Below, piece after piece: positions 10,121-19,818 of a stretch of 64,000 bases of DNA. Positions within the stretch are counted from its first letter, which is position 1. Each line of letters begins with the position of its first letter. The position numbers and the translations under genes were made by a program. The notes beneath the pieces are model-generated. The model saw nothing but the letters and a program-made list of their open reading frames with translations. It had not been told where the DNA came from and searched no databases. This DNA is from an uncultured Actinomycetota bacterium (GTDB lineage Bacteria > Actinomycetota > Actinomycetes > Mycobacteriales > Mycobacteriaceae): the NCBI GenBank assembly GCA_963763005.1, contig CAVXMI010000007.1, positions 5,009 to 69,008 of the forward strand. The letters run 5' to 3'.

Positions 10121-10896
10121 CAGCGGGTCCGCCACCGTGCGATGCGCTGTTCGTGCTCGGGGTCGCAGTGCGCCAGCGGTTGCATGGCCGCGGCCATTCC
10201 CAGCGTCGACTCGAGCGAACCGACACGTGACTCCTGCAGCAGACGCTTGGCCATCCGCAACGCGTGCGCAGGGTTCTTGACGATGCGCTCGGCCAGAGCG
10301 TGCGCCTGGGGGAGTAGGTCGTCGTGCGGCACCACGCGACTTACCAGGCCCCATTCCAGCGCGGTCGCCGCATCGATGCGGTCGCCGGCGAACGTCATCT
10401 CGGCCGCTCGTTCGTAGCCGACGGCGCGCTGCAGGAACCAGGTGCCGCCGTCGCCGGGGATGAGGCCGAGCTGCACGAAGCTCTCCGCGAATGACGCGCG
10501 CTCCGACGCGACCCGGATATCGCACATCATCGCCAGGTCACAGCCTGCGCCGATGGCCGGACCGTTCACCGCAGCGATCAGGGGTACTTCCATCCGCGCC
10601 AAGGCCCGTGGGATCCGTTGAATTCCGTCGACGTAGGCGTGCCGCTGATCGAGCGCGTCCAGGCCGAACATCCCGTCTCGGTCAGCCATCTCTTTGACAT
10701 TGCCGCCGCCCGAGAAGATCTTGCCCGCCCCGGTGAGGATTACCGCGCGGATCGCGGTGTCGGCATTGGCGTGGTCGACGGCGGACTCGAACGCGCTGAT
10801 GAAGTCCTTGCCGGTGATCGCGTTGCCCAGGTGGGGCAGGTTGACCGTCCAGACCTGGGTCGGTCCGGCGCCGCTTATGTCCAACGGAGTGTTCAT
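10120..10896 (-). CDS. Enoyl-CoA hydratase/isomerase (crotonase family)
   Basis: ILTGAGKIFSGGGNV, IAAVNGPAIGAG and LGLIPGDGG motifs; start MNTPLD at 10896. Confidence 0.92.
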   Translation of the reverse strand: MNTPLDISGAGPTQVWTVNLPHLGNAITGKDFISAFESAVDHANADTAIRAVILTGAGKIFSGGGNVKEMADRDGMFGLDALDQRHAYVDGIQRIPRALARMEVPLIAAVNGPAIGAGCDLAMMCDIRVASERASFAESFVQLGLIPGDGGTWFLQRAVGYERAAEMTFAGDRIDAATALEWGLVSRVVPHDDLLPQAHALAERIVKNPAHALRMAKRLLQESRVGSLESTLGMAAAMQPLAHCDPEHEQRIARWRTR

Positions 10897-11090
10897 GCCG
10901 GCAACTGTAGAGCGTTGGTCTGCGAGTACTCCTCGAAGCCGGCAAGGCCGACCTCGCGACAAATGCCGGATCGCTTATAGCCGCCGAACGGCGCGATGGG
11001 GTTGTACAACGCCGCCGTTGATGTCGGCTGACCGGTCGGCCGCCGCGCGTGAATGCAATGCGCCGGCGGTCACGGCTGTATCGCCGCAGG
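10893..11090 (-). pseudogene. Aldehyde dehydrogenase C-terminal remnant
   Basis: The minus strand reads YNPIAPFGGYKRSGICREVGLAGFEEYSQTNALQLPA*, preceded out of frame by (T)GQ.DINGG. Its TGA overlaps the crotonase ATG. Confidence 0.8.
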
Positions 11091-11204
11091 CAAGTCGCCG
11101 ACCCGCTGCTGGCCCGGTAGCCGTCGACCGTGATTTCCGTTGTGGTGTAATATCTTTCGTCGACCCGCATACCGTCTTTGCGGAATTCGATGTTCGCGCA
11201 TCGG

Positions 11205-11324
11205 GGCGCTGGTGCGATGGTCCTGACCGATTCCGCCGCCGGACTGCGCGTGCTGGTCAGCGTCGCGCATTACACCGCCGCCAGGCATGGCGTGGTCGGC
11301 CTTGTGCGCAGCCTGGCTCGTTAG
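11205..11324 (+). pseudogene. SDR internal fragment
   Basis: Reads GAGAMVLTDSAAGLRVLVSVAHYTAARHGVVGLVRSLAR*, a decayed SDR S...YxxxK segment, with no start and a premature TAG. Confidence 0.75.
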
Positions 11325-11477
11325 CTGTTGAACCGGTATCAAAGCATGTTGCGACCGTGTCCAGCCCGTCTCGCCAATGGCACAAAGTCCTTCTCGACTA
11401 GGGACGCCATGCTCTCGTATCGGAGGTGAGAAGGCGCGATCGTTGAGATGAAGACTTTGCAGACGGGAGTAACAGGC

Positions 11478-12476
11478 ATGAACGCGCATTTTCCTGATGC
11501 CGGCACAGTCCGGACGGCTCTGGCTCTGGCTTCTCGAGCCCCCTCCGTCCACAACACGCAACCATGGCGGTGGCGGGTCGGCACGACGAGCCTGCATCTC
11601 TACTCCGACGCGAGCCTGCAACTGCCCAACACTGACCCGGACGGCCGAGACCTGATCTTGAGTTGCGGCGCGGCGCTGAATCATTGCGTCGTTGCTTTGG
11701 CATCGATCGGGTGGCAAGCCAAAGTGGCTCGTCTGCCCAATCCGGCTGACCCCAGTCACCTGGCCGCAATCGAATTGTCTCCCCAAACACCCGATCAGCT
11801 CGATATCACGCTGGCTGCGGCGATACCGCAGCGGCGAACTGATCGGCGGCACTACAGTTTCTGGCCGGTGCCGGTGGGCGATATTGCCCTGATGGCTGCG
11901 CGGGCGGCCCGGAATGGGGTGACGCTACGCCAAATCGACGCGATGGACGGGCTGAATAAGATTGTGGCGCAATCTGTCTGGGACCACGCAAATAACGATG
12001 ACTACCTTGCCGAGGTCGCGGTATGGAGCGGGCGGCACGCCGCCGTAGCCGGTGTTCCGGCCCGCAATACGCCAGTACCTGACCCCGCCGGGGCGCTACC
12101 CAGCCGGGTATTTGCTGATGCGGCGCCGGCCATGCCGCCCGGCGCATCACCGGTCGATGAGAACGCCGTAATGCTAGCGCTCGGAACCCGGACAGACGAC
12201 CGGCTGGCCAGGTTGCGCGCTGGTGAGGCCACCAGCGTTGTGCTGCTCACCGCGACAGCAATGGGATTGGCGAGTTGTCCGGTCACCGAACCGTTGGAGA
12301 TCGCAGAAACACGCGAGGCGGTCCGCGCCGATGTCTTCGGTAATAGTGACTATCCCCAGATGTTGCTTCGGGTGGGCTGGGCGCCGATCAACGCAGATCC
12401 GCTGCCATCGAAGCCGCGACGTGAACTCACCGATATCGTCGAGTGGATGGCCGATTCCGGTCAATACTTGGGATAG
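11478..12476 (+). CDS. Acg-family nitroreductase-like protein (Rv3131 orthologue)
   Basis: MNAHFPDAGTVRTALALASRAPSVHNTQPWRW closely matches recalled Rv3131; also RRTDRR and QMLLRVGWAPINADPLP. Confidence 0.93.
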   Translation: MNAHFPDAGTVRTALALASRAPSVHNTQPWRWRVGTTSLHLYSDASLQLPNTDPDGRDLILSCGAALNHCVVALASIGWQAKVARLPNPADPSHLAAIELSPQTPDQLDITLAAAIPQRRTDRRHYSFWPVPVGDIALMAARAARNGVTLRQIDAMDGLNKIVAQSVWDHANNDDYLAEVAVWSGRHAAVAGVPARNTPVPDPAGALPSRVFADAAPAMPPGASPVDENAVMLALGTRTDDRLARLRAGEATSVVLLTATAMGLASCPVTEPLEIAETREAVRADVFGNSDYPQMLLRVGWAPINADPLPSKPRRELTDIVEWMADSGQYLG

Positions 12477-12559
12477 ATTTCCTCGACCGGTCCCACTCTT
12501 GATGACAACCGGCCTTGCTTAACGGGTCAAACGGCTCTGGATGATGGCAGGAGCGGGAA

Positions 12560-13048
12560 TGGACGACAGCCCTGTCGACGCACCGACCGCATCGAAGCCC
12601 TGGTCATGTCGGTCGCGCTCGTTGCGTCGCTTGTCGCCATACCTGTCGCCGGTGTGGTGAGCGCCGTGGTCTACGGCTTGCGTGATCGCCGGTATGACCA
12701 GGAGGCACACGCACGGCACGCAGTCATGGCAACGGTCACCGACACCAGGCCCCCACGTTAGCTACTGGCGAGCGCGCCGGCTCGTTCGCACACAGCACGC
12801 CAGTCAAAGTCGATGACCGCATCGAAATTTGGGTGGATAAGGACGGCAATCCGGTACGTCCGCCAACGCCGACCTGGCACGGCGTTGGCGATGCAGTTGG
12901 TACGGTAATGCTGACCCTGTTGATTCTGGGTCTCGCGACAACATCAGTGGTAACTGCGGTCGGCTCGCGGCTTGATCGGGCACGCGACGCCCAATGGGAG
13001 CGTGAGATCAGATGCTTGCAAGATGGTGGCCGGACGAATCAGCATTGA
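12560..13048 (+). pseudogene. Rv1733c-like membrane protein, disrupted
   Basis: RRTDRIEALVMSVALVASLVAIP... ends at TAG 12759-12761; the C-terminal half DDRIEIWVDKDG...DAQWEREI is in a different frame. Confidence 0.75.
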
Positions 13049-13067
13049 CAATTGTCGCCACCGAGGT

Positions 13068-13087
13068 CGTGGGACAAACGACTCTAT
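13068..13087. promoter_or_regulatory. DosR-box-like site upstream of the hydrogenase operon
   Basis: CGTGGGACAAACGACTCTAT compared with consensus TTSGGGACTWWAGTCCCSAA; 33 nt before ATG 13121. Confidence 0.6.
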
Positions 13088-13120
13088 CCAGCGCTCGCGA
13101 ATTGGGCGGATGATGTGTCG

Positions 13121-14254
13121 ATGAGCGGACACAGTGACGATTCCGGCGCTGCGTTGTTGGACATGGCTGGGCTGCACCGCCTCGTCGACCTGCTGATCGA
13201 GCGGGGTTATCGCGTGGTCGGTCCTACGTTGCGCGATAACGCGATTGTGCTCGCAGAACTCGAGTCGGCGCACGATCTTCCCCGCGGCTGGGGCGTCGAT
13301 GTGGGTCCTGGGCACTATCGGGTGCGCCGTCGCGACGACGACGCGGCATTCGCGCATTCGGCCGGCCCGCAGTCGTGGAAGCAGTTCCTGCACCCACCGC
13401 GGCAGCGAGTGTGGGCCGGCACTCGCGACGGGGCCACTGATCCCCAACCCGAAGGGGAGGTCCCGCGCTACGCGTTCCTTGGGGTGCGAGGGTGCGACCT
13501 GGCCGCGATCGCGACCCTGGACCGGGTGCTCGGCGGTTCCAAGTATCCCGGCAACTCGTTTGTCAGCCGCCGGCGGCGGATCTTCGTGGTCGCGGTGAAC
13601 TGTACAGAGCCGGGCGGGCTGTGCTTCTGCGCATCGATGGGCACCGGCCCGGCGGCCGGACCGGGTTACGACCTTGCCCTGACAGAGCGCCTCGACGGCA
13701 GTGCCGGCGGGACCCCGACCTACCTGGTCGACGTCGGCAGTCCAGAGGGCGCTGAGGTGCTCGCTGCGGTGCCGCGACGCGCGGCCAGCGGCGAGGAAAT
13801 CGACTGTGCGCGTGCCGATGTCGAGGCTGCAGCGCATCAGATGGGCCGCGAGATGCCAGACATGGATCTGCGAGACCTGCTGATCCGGTCACGCGAGTCG
13901 CCGCAGTGGGAAGAGGTGGCCAGCCGCTGCCTGACCTGCGGCAACTGCACGATGGTGTGCCCTACCTGCTTTTGCACCAGCACCGAAGATGTCAGCGACC
14001 TCGCCGGTGAACATGCCGAGCGTTGGCAGCACTGGGCGTCGTGTTTCGAGTTCGACTTCACCTACGTCCACGGTGGCGGCAGCGTCCGCCAATCCGGCGC
14101 ATCGCGTTACCGGCATTGGCTGACTCACAAGCTGGGCACCTGGCATGACCAGTTCGGCATGTCGGGTTGCGTCGGCTGCGGGCGATGCATCGCGTGGTGT
14201 CCGACTGGTATCGACATCACCGAGGAAATGAACAAGATGGCCGATGATGACTGA
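13121..14254 (+). CDS. hyhB: Group 3b [NiFe]-hydrogenase beta subunit (4Fe-4S dicluster)
   Basis: CLTCGNCTMVCPTCFC and CVGCGRCIAWCP ferredoxin motifs; YRHWLTHKL segment typical of sulfhydrogenase beta/AsrA. Confidence 0.9.
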   Translation: MSGHSDDSGAALLDMAGLHRLVDLLIERGYRVVGPTLRDNAIVLAELESAHDLPRGWGVDVGPGHYRVRRRDDDAAFAHSAGPQSWKQFLHPPRQRVWAGTRDGATDPQPEGEVPRYAFLGVRGCDLAAIATLDRVLGGSKYPGNSFVSRRRRIFVVAVNCTEPGGLCFCASMGTGPAAGPGYDLALTERLDGSAGGTPTYLVDVGSPEGAEVLAAVPRRAASGEEIDCARADVEAAAHQMGREMPDMDLRDLLIRSRESPQWEEVASRCLTCGNCTMVCPTCFCTSTEDVSDLAGEHAERWQHWASCFEFDFTYVHGGGSVRQSGASRYRHWLTHKLGTWHDQFGMSGCVGCGRCIAWCPTGIDITEEMNKMADDD

Positions 14255-15122
14255 CGGGGCGACCAGCGCCGCGCCGGTGGCAGTGACGATGGGGACCCAC
14301 CCCCCCATGGCGCCTGTCCCGTATCGCGTGCGCAGTCGCATTGTGGAGACCCCGGATTCGGCGACATTGTGCTTGGCGCCGGTTGGCGAGGCATTGCGCT
14401 CACCGGAGCCGGGCGAATTCATGATGCTCTACGCGTTCGGTGTGGGCGAGGCGGCCATCTCGATCAGCGGCGATCCCACCGTCACCGACGGCTCGATCAC
14501 GCACACGATCCGCGCGGTCGGCGCGGTCAGCCGAGCCCTACACGATGCACAGCCGGGCAGCATCGTCGGGGTGCGGGGTCCATTCGGCACCACGTGGGGA
14601 CTCGAGGAGGCCGTCGGCCGGGATCTGGTCATGGTCGCCGGTGGCGTGGGGCTGTGCCCGTTGCGTCCGGCGATCCTTGGCGCGTTGGCGCAGCGGGAAC
14701 GCTACGGCAAGGTGATGCTTATTGCGGGTGCCCGCTCACGGGCTGACTTTGTCTTCGCCGCCCAACTCGAAAAGTGGGCCGAGGACCCGCGGATCGAACT
14801 GCACGTCACGGTCGACATCCCGGTCCAGGGCTGGCACGGCGAAGTTGGATTGGTCACCGAGCCGCTGCGCCGGCTGACGCTGGACCCCGGCCGCACCACC
14901 GCATTCCTGTGCGGCCCGGAGCCGATGCTGCGCTTCGGCGCTGAGGCCCTGGCGGCTAAAGGCGTAGCCGCCCATGACATTCGGGTCTCGCTGGAACGGA
15001 ACATGCAGTGCGGGATCGGTTGGTGCGGTCATTGCCAGCTGGGCCCGTTACTGCTGTGCCGCGACGGGGCCGTCGTCGGTTACGACGTCGCCAGGCCACT
15101 GCTTCAGATCAAGGAGCTTTAG
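14244..15122 (+). CDS. hyhG: Group 3b hydrogenase gamma subunit (FAD/NAD(P)-binding, 2Fe-2S)
   Basis: RGPFG, AGGVGL, LCGP and ERNMQCGIGWCGHC motifs. Confidence 0.9.
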   Translation: MMTDGATSAAPVAVTMGTHPPMAPVPYRVRSRIVETPDSATLCLAPVGEALRSPEPGEFMMLYAFGVGEAAISISGDPTVTDGSITHTIRAVGAVSRALHDAQPGSIVGVRGPFGTTWGLEEAVGRDLVMVAGGVGLCPLRPAILGALAQRERYGKVMLIAGARSRADFVFAAQLEKWAEDPRIELHVTVDIPVQGWHGEVGLVTEPLRRLTLDPGRTTAFLCGPEPMLRFGAEALAAKGVAAHDIRVSLERNMQCGIGWCGHCQLGPLLLCRDGAVVGYDVARPLLQIKEL

Positions 15123-15881
15123 ATGAGCCCAACCACGCTGGCCGTCTGGAAATTCGCCTCCTGCGACGGTTGCCAGTTGACGCTGCTCGACTGCGAGGAC
15201 GAGTTGCTCACCCTCGCCAACCAGGTGCAGATCGCCACCTTCGCCGAGGCTTCCAGCGCAATGATCGGCGGCCCGTACGACGTGTCCCTGGTGGAGGGCT
15301 CCATCACCACCCGGCACGACGAGCAACGCATCCGCGACATCCGGGAGCAGTCGAAGGTGCTTGTCACCATCGGTGCGTGCGCGACGGCCGGGGGAGTGCA
15401 GGCGCTGCGCAACTTCGCCGACGTCACCGAGTTCACTTCGGTGGTCTATGCCAATCCGGAGTACATCGACACGCTGGCGACCTCCACGCCGACGTCGGCG
15501 CACGTCAAGGTTGATTACCAGCTGCATGGCTGTCCGATCGACCGTGGACAGCTGCTCGATACCCTCGCGGCGTTGTTGATCGGACGCAAACCACGGGTGC
15601 CGGCAAAGACCGTGTGCACGGAGTGCAAAATGCGTGGAGTGACGTGTGTCGTCGTCGCCGACGGCACCCCGTGTCTCGGCCCGGTCACCCACGCCGGCTG
15701 TGGCGCACTGTGTCCCAGGCATCGACGTGGCTGCTACGGCTGCTTCGGCCCGTCGGCGGCGCCGAGAACCGCGACATTGATCCCGCTGCTGCGCCGCGAT
15801 GGTATGTCCGACGGCGACGTCGACCGGGTCTTCTCGACGTTCAACGTGGCCAGTTTCGCCGCCGAGCGGAGCAAGCAATGA
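15123..15881 (+). CDS. hyhS: Group 3b hydrogenase small (delta) subunit
   Basis: [28 protein letters not shown] and [13 protein letters not shown]...GCYGC motifs. Confidence 0.9.
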   Translation: MSPTTLAVWKFASCDGCQLTLLDCEDELLTLANQVQIATFAEASSAMIGGPYDVSLVEGSITTRHDEQRIRDIREQSKVLVTIGACATAGGVQALRNFADVTEFTSVVYANPEYIDTLATSTPTSAHVKVDYQLHGCPIDRGQLLDTLAALLIGRKPRVPAKTVCTECKMRGVTCVVVADGTPCLGPVTHAGCGALCPRHRRGCYGCFGPSAAPRTATLIPLLRRDGMSDGDVDRVFSTFNVASFAAERSKQ

Positions 15882-17170
15882 CCCCGTCCACCCGCACGCT
15901 CAGCGTGGGCACGCTGACGCGGGTGGAAGGCGAAGGGGCGCTGCACGTCACGATGAAGGACGGAGCGCTGGAAAGCGTCGAGCTCAACATCTATGAGCCG
16001 CCAAGGTTTTTCGAAGCGTTTTTGCGGGGACGCGCCTATACCGAGCCGCCGGACCTGACCGCGCGGGTCTGCGGGATCTGCCCGGTCGCCTATCAGGTCA
16101 GTGCCTGCAACGCGATCGAAGACGCCTGCGGCGTTGAGGTGGACGCCGACCTGGTCGCGCTGCGGCGGTTACTGTACTGCGGGGAATGGATCCACAGCCA
16201 TGTCCTGCACATCTACCTGTTGCACGCACCGGACTTCCTGGGCTACCCCGACATCATCGCCATGAGCCGCGACCATGCTCAGGTCGTCGAGCGCGGACTG
16301 GAGCTGAAGAAGGCGGGCAACCAGCTGATGGAGTTCGTCGGCGGGCGGGCAATACACCCCGTCAATGTGCGTCTGGGCGGATTCTATTCTGTGCCAACAC
16401 GGTTAGAGTTCAGGCCGCTCGCCGAGCAGTTGCGGCGAGCCCTGGACATCGCGCTGGCCACGGTCAAGTGGGTGTCCGGGTTCGAGTTCCCCGACCTCGA
16501 GCTTGAGCACGAAATGCTGGCGCTGAGCCAGCCCGGCCGGTACCCGATCGAGAATGGCACCATCGCGCGCAGCGCCGGCCCGTCGTTTCCGGTGGCCGAC
16601 TTCACCAACCACGTAGTCGAGTCGCAGGTGCCGCATTCCACAGCCCTGCACGCCACACTCGATGGCGGCTGCCATCTGACCGGGCCGCTGGCGCGGTTTT
16701 CGCTGAATTCCTCGGCGCTATCACCGATAGCGGCGCAGGCCGCCGCCCGAGCCGGGCTCTCGGCAGAATGCCGAAATCCATTCCGCGGCATCATCGTTCG
16801 CGCAGTCGAAGTGGTTTATGCGATCGAGGAGGCGCTGCGGATCATCGACGACTACCAGCGTCCGTCGCGCCCATTCGTCGACGTTCCGGCCCGCGCCGGC
16901 ATCGGACATGGCGTCAGCGAGGCGCCCCGCGGCTTGCTGTATCACCGCTACCGGATCGGCGAGGACGGGCTGGTTTCCGCTGCGACGATCGTCCCGCCCA
17001 CCTCCCAGAATCAGGCGGCAATCGAAGCCGACCTGGCCCGCCTCGTTTCGGACAATCTCTCTCTCGACGATGCCGCGCTGACCACGTTGTGCGAGCAACT
17101 GATTCGCAGCTACGACCCCTGCATCTCCTGCTCGGCGCACTTCTTGACGCTGACGGTGCAGGGACGGTGA
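15878..17170 (+). CDS. hyhL: Group 3b [NiFe]-hydrogenase large (alpha) subunit
   Basis: RVEGEG, L1 [10 protein letters not shown] and L2 DPCISCSAH with a short C-terminal extension for protease cleavage; ATG 15878 overlaps the upstream stop. Confidence 0.95.
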   Translation: MTPSTRTLSVGTLTRVEGEGALHVTMKDGALESVELNIYEPPRFFEAFLRGRAYTEPPDLTARVCGICPVAYQVSACNAIEDACGVEVDADLVALRRLLYCGEWIHSHVLHIYLLHAPDFLGYPDIIAMSRDHAQVVERGLELKKAGNQLMEFVGGRAIHPVNVRLGGFYSVPTRLEFRPLAEQLRRALDIALATVKWVSGFEFPDLELEHEMLALSQPGRYPIENGTIARSAGPSFPVADFTNHVVESQVPHSTALHATLDGGCHLTGPLARFSLNSSALSPIAAQAAARAGLSAECRNPFRGIIVRAVEVVYAIEEALRIIDDYQRPSRPFVDVPARAGIGHGVSEAPRGLLYHRYRIGEDGLVSAATIVPPTSQNQAAIEADLARLVSDNLSLDDAALTTLCEQLIRSYDPCISCSAHFLTLTVQGR

Positions 17171-17177
17171 CGGCGGG

Positions 17178-17648
17178 ATGCCCGGGAGAACCGTCGTCGT
17201 CGGCCTCGGCAATCGCTACCGGCGCGACGACGGCGTGGGCGTCGTCGCTGCCACTGCGCTAGACGAACTGGCATTACCCGGTGTTCGCGTGGTGACCGAC
17301 ATTGCCGAGCCCACGAGTCTGCTCGAGGCGTGGTCGGGTGCCCGGCTCGCCGTAGTGATCGACGCCGCAATCGTGACCCCGTCAACGCCGGGCTGCGTCC
17401 GTCGCTGCACCTTGAGGGACTTAGTCACCGCAGCAGGGTTGAGTTCGCACGGCGTTGATATCACCCGCACATACGAACTGGGTCAGGCGCTTGGCCGAGT
17501 GCCTGACGTGCTGGTGGTGGTCACCATCGAAGTAGCCGACACCGGCCATGGCACCGGTTTGACGCCCCACGTCGCAGGTGCCGTGCCAGAAGTGGTCTGC
17601 ATGGCTGTGGACGAAATCAACCGTTCCCACTGCCCGACGGACATCTAG
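17178..17648 (+). CDS. Hydrogenase maturation endopeptidase
   Basis: VVVGLGNRYRRDDGVG, VVIDAA and SSHG motifs; directly follows the large subunit. Confidence 0.9.
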   Translation: MPGRTVVVGLGNRYRRDDGVGVVAATALDELALPGVRVVTDIAEPTSLLEAWSGARLAVVIDAAIVTPSTPGCVRRCTLRDLVTAAGLSSHGVDITRTYELGQALGRVPDVLVVVTIEVADTGHGTGLTPHVAGAVPEVVCMAVDEINRSHCPTDI

Positions 17649-17667
17649 GGCCACAACTCGGGTCCGG

Positions 17668-18087
17668 TCAGACCTGCTGTCGACTGTCAGTGGCGGCCAG
17701 CGAGTCGATCGCGGCGCCCAGCAGCGCGGTGACCTCGTCGGCGATCGCCTTGAGGGCAGGTTCGCCCGTCACCGCGAACAACATGCCCGGATTCATCGCC
17801 TCGACGATCACCGTGCCTGGGTCACCGGGGTCGGCGCGCACCAACACGTTGCAGGGAAGCAACAGCCCGATACCTCGATCTGTGCTGATAGCCTTGTGCG
17901 CCAACACCGGATTGCATGCACCGAGGATCAGGTAGTCCTCCATGTCCACGCCCAGCTTGGCCTTCAGTGTGTCTTTGACGTTGATTTCGGTGAGCACGCC
18001 AAACCCCTGTTGCGTGAGGGCTTCTCGAGTGCGCGCCACCGCGTCGTCGAACTGAGTTGCCAATGCTGTCGACAACGCAAGGCTCAT
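17668..18087 (-). CDS. DUF302 family protein
   Basis: QGFGVLTEINVKDTLKAKLG...YLILGACNP...IGLLLPCNVLVR. Confidence 0.88.
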   Translation of the reverse strand: MSLALSTALATQFDDAVARTREALTQQGFGVLTEINVKDTLKAKLGVDMEDYLILGACNPVLAHKAISTDRGIGLLLPCNVLVRADPGDPGTVIVEAMNPGMLFAVTGEPALKAIADEVTALLGAAIDSLAATDSRQQV

Positions 18088-18133
18088 GCTGATTCCCTTC
18101 GTATGTGGCCGCACCCTGACATGGGATCGGGCA

Positions 18134-18601
18134 TCATCCGGCGCGCGGGAGATCCCGGGTTGTCGGGTCCGCTTTTGGCGCCACCTGACTCGATGCGGGG
18201 CTCCAGCCGACATAGGTCAGGTACAGCCCGACCACTGCGAGGACGATGCTGGCGCTCACCCACAAGGGACCCATGCCAATCGTTGCGTTGGCGACCGACG
18301 TGAAGACTTTGGGAAAAGCCATCAGCAACAGTCCGCGTAGCGCGATAGCCCAGCCCATGAGGGACACGATGACCGCCGCTGTACCTCGCCAGTACGGGTG
18401 AAGCCCGATGATGACGAGCCCCGTCAGGAGAATGAAGGCGCCCGCCACCCACGTCCACAGGGAGTTGGCCTCGAATTCCGAAAGCATTGTTCGCATCTCC
18501 GATGCGCGCGCCACCACCGTCACGCCGATGATGACCAAGAACGGGCCAAGCACGCGGGCGAACATGCGCGTCCCTGGCTGCAGCGGTTGTGAAGTGCTCA
18601 T
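18134..18601 (-). CDS. Small integral membrane protein of unknown function
   Basis: 155 aa with about 4 hydrophobic segments; GGAGG SD-like sequence before ATG 18601. Confidence 0.75.
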   Translation of the reverse strand: MSTSQPLQPGTRMFARVLGPFLVIIGVTVVARASEMRTMLSEFEANSLWTWVAGAFILLTGLVIIGLHPYWRGTAAVIVSLMGWAIALRGLLLMAFPKVFTSVANATIGMGPLWVSASIVLAVVGLYLTYVGWSPASSQVAPKADPTTRDLPRAG

Positions 18602-18704
18602 TGCCGTACCTCCGTTGGGATGCCGCGCATCCGTGACGATGACAGGCCTGGTTGAGGCGCTTGCGTCCCACACCGCAATCTGAGCATTTGACCGAGGCTG
18701 CGCG

Positions 18705-18746
18705 ATAGGGACTGAAGTCCCGCGCATTCGGGACATTCGTCGCGAA
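18705..18746. promoter_or_regulatory. Tandem DosR boxes
   Basis: ATAGGGACTGAAGTCCCGCG (18705-18724) and TTCGGGACATTCGTCGCGAA (18727-18746, 17/20 to consensus). Confidence 0.85.
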
Positions 18747-18957
18747 TCGCGCGTTATCGCTGCGGGCGGGTTGGCGGCTGTTCACCGCTTACGTCACCGC
18801 CGGAGCCGCATCAGAGATGATTGATGAGCCGCTGCGCGCCGGGATGATTGCCGAAGCGAGAACCTGTAACAAGCCACGGGTTTCGCGAGGGCCGGCGGCA
18901 CCTCCGGAAATTTCGGACGCACCCTCCACGTCCCCGGCCGCAGTGACATCCCTTCCA

Positions 18958-18978
18958 GCCTGCCCCGGCAGGGCAGGC
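18958..18978. terminator. GC-rich hairpin, possible intrinsic terminator
   Basis: GCCTGCCC-CGGCA-GGGCAGGC, a perfect 8-bp stem 60 nt downstream of the minus-strand gene ending at 19039; no U-tract. Confidence 0.35.
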
Positions 18979-19038
18979 GATCTCAGCTGTCAGTTATTCC
19001 TCCAGCAGCGGCCGGCTGATTTACTGAACTGGCGCATG

Positions 19039-19452
19039 CTAGTGCGGCAAGCCGAACCGGAATCGCCGACCAGTGACCATGTCCGGAATTATGCGCACAT
19101 AATGCGTTTTCTCAGTTGCAGTCCACGTCAACAGCTGGGCTCGCTCTGCTTCCTCGATCTCCTCATCGGTACGAAGCGAACGTGCCCTGCCTTGGACGAT
19201 CACGCTCCAGCCCTCGGCGACGTTGTGGTAGTCGACTTCGAACAGGACATGATTGTTTATCGCGGCGCTGACTAACTTGGTGCCCTCCGCGGTGCGGAAC
19301 AGCACGGTGCGGCGCTGGACGACGAAGTTCACGGGGAAGATCTGAGGTCGGGCGTCCACGCTGGTGACCAGCCGCCCCAGCGTCACGCTTTTCATCAGGT
19401 CCCAGCATTCATGGGCGGGCAGAATGGTGGCCCCTTCACCGGCTCCCGACAT
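19039..19452 (-). CDS. Pyridoxamine 5'-phosphate oxidase-like (split barrel) protein, Rv3129-like
   Basis: ECWDLM...LGRLV...IFPVNF...FRTAEGTKL...FEVD...GWSVIVQG. Confidence 0.88.
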   Translation of the reverse strand: MSGAGEGATILPAHECWDLMKSVTLGRLVTSVDARPQIFPVNFVVQRRTVLFRTAEGTKLVSAAINNHVLFEVDYHNVAEGWSVIVQGRARSLRTDEEIEEAERAQLLTWTATEKTHYVRIIPDMVTGRRFRFGLPH

Positions 19453-19553
19453 CAGCCAACCCCTCTCATCTGATAGGTCACAAGGACCATGCTATTGAAG
19501 TCGGCCGCGTAAAGCGGCGTCCCAAAGTCCTGCGTCGCGCCGGCCAACGTCGC

Positions 19554-19811
19554 TCAAGCGGTTTGGGAAGCGTGCTTTTCGACGTAGCCGACCACATCGG
19601 CGAGTGTCCGAAGCGACGCGTAGTCGGACTCCGGGATGTCGACGTTCAGCCGCTTGTGGATACCGAGTAGAAAGTTCAGCCAGTCCATGGAATCAAGATC
19701 CACCTGATCACGGAGCAGGACGTCGTCTTCAATGTCTTCGGCATCGACTTCGGGGGCGATGGTCGTCAGCACGGACAGGACCACACTGCGAGTGTTTTCT
19801 TGTGTCGTCAT
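19554..19811 (-). CDS. Stand-alone acyl carrier protein
   Basis: 85 aa, acidic; LRDQVDLDSMDWLNF phosphopantetheine Ser motif. Confidence 0.9.
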   Translation of the reverse strand: MTTQENTRSVVLSVLTTIAPEVDAEDIEDDVLLRDQVDLDSMDWLNFLLGIHKRLNVDIPESDYASLRTLADVVGYVEKHASQTA

Positions 19812-19818
19812 TTGCCCA

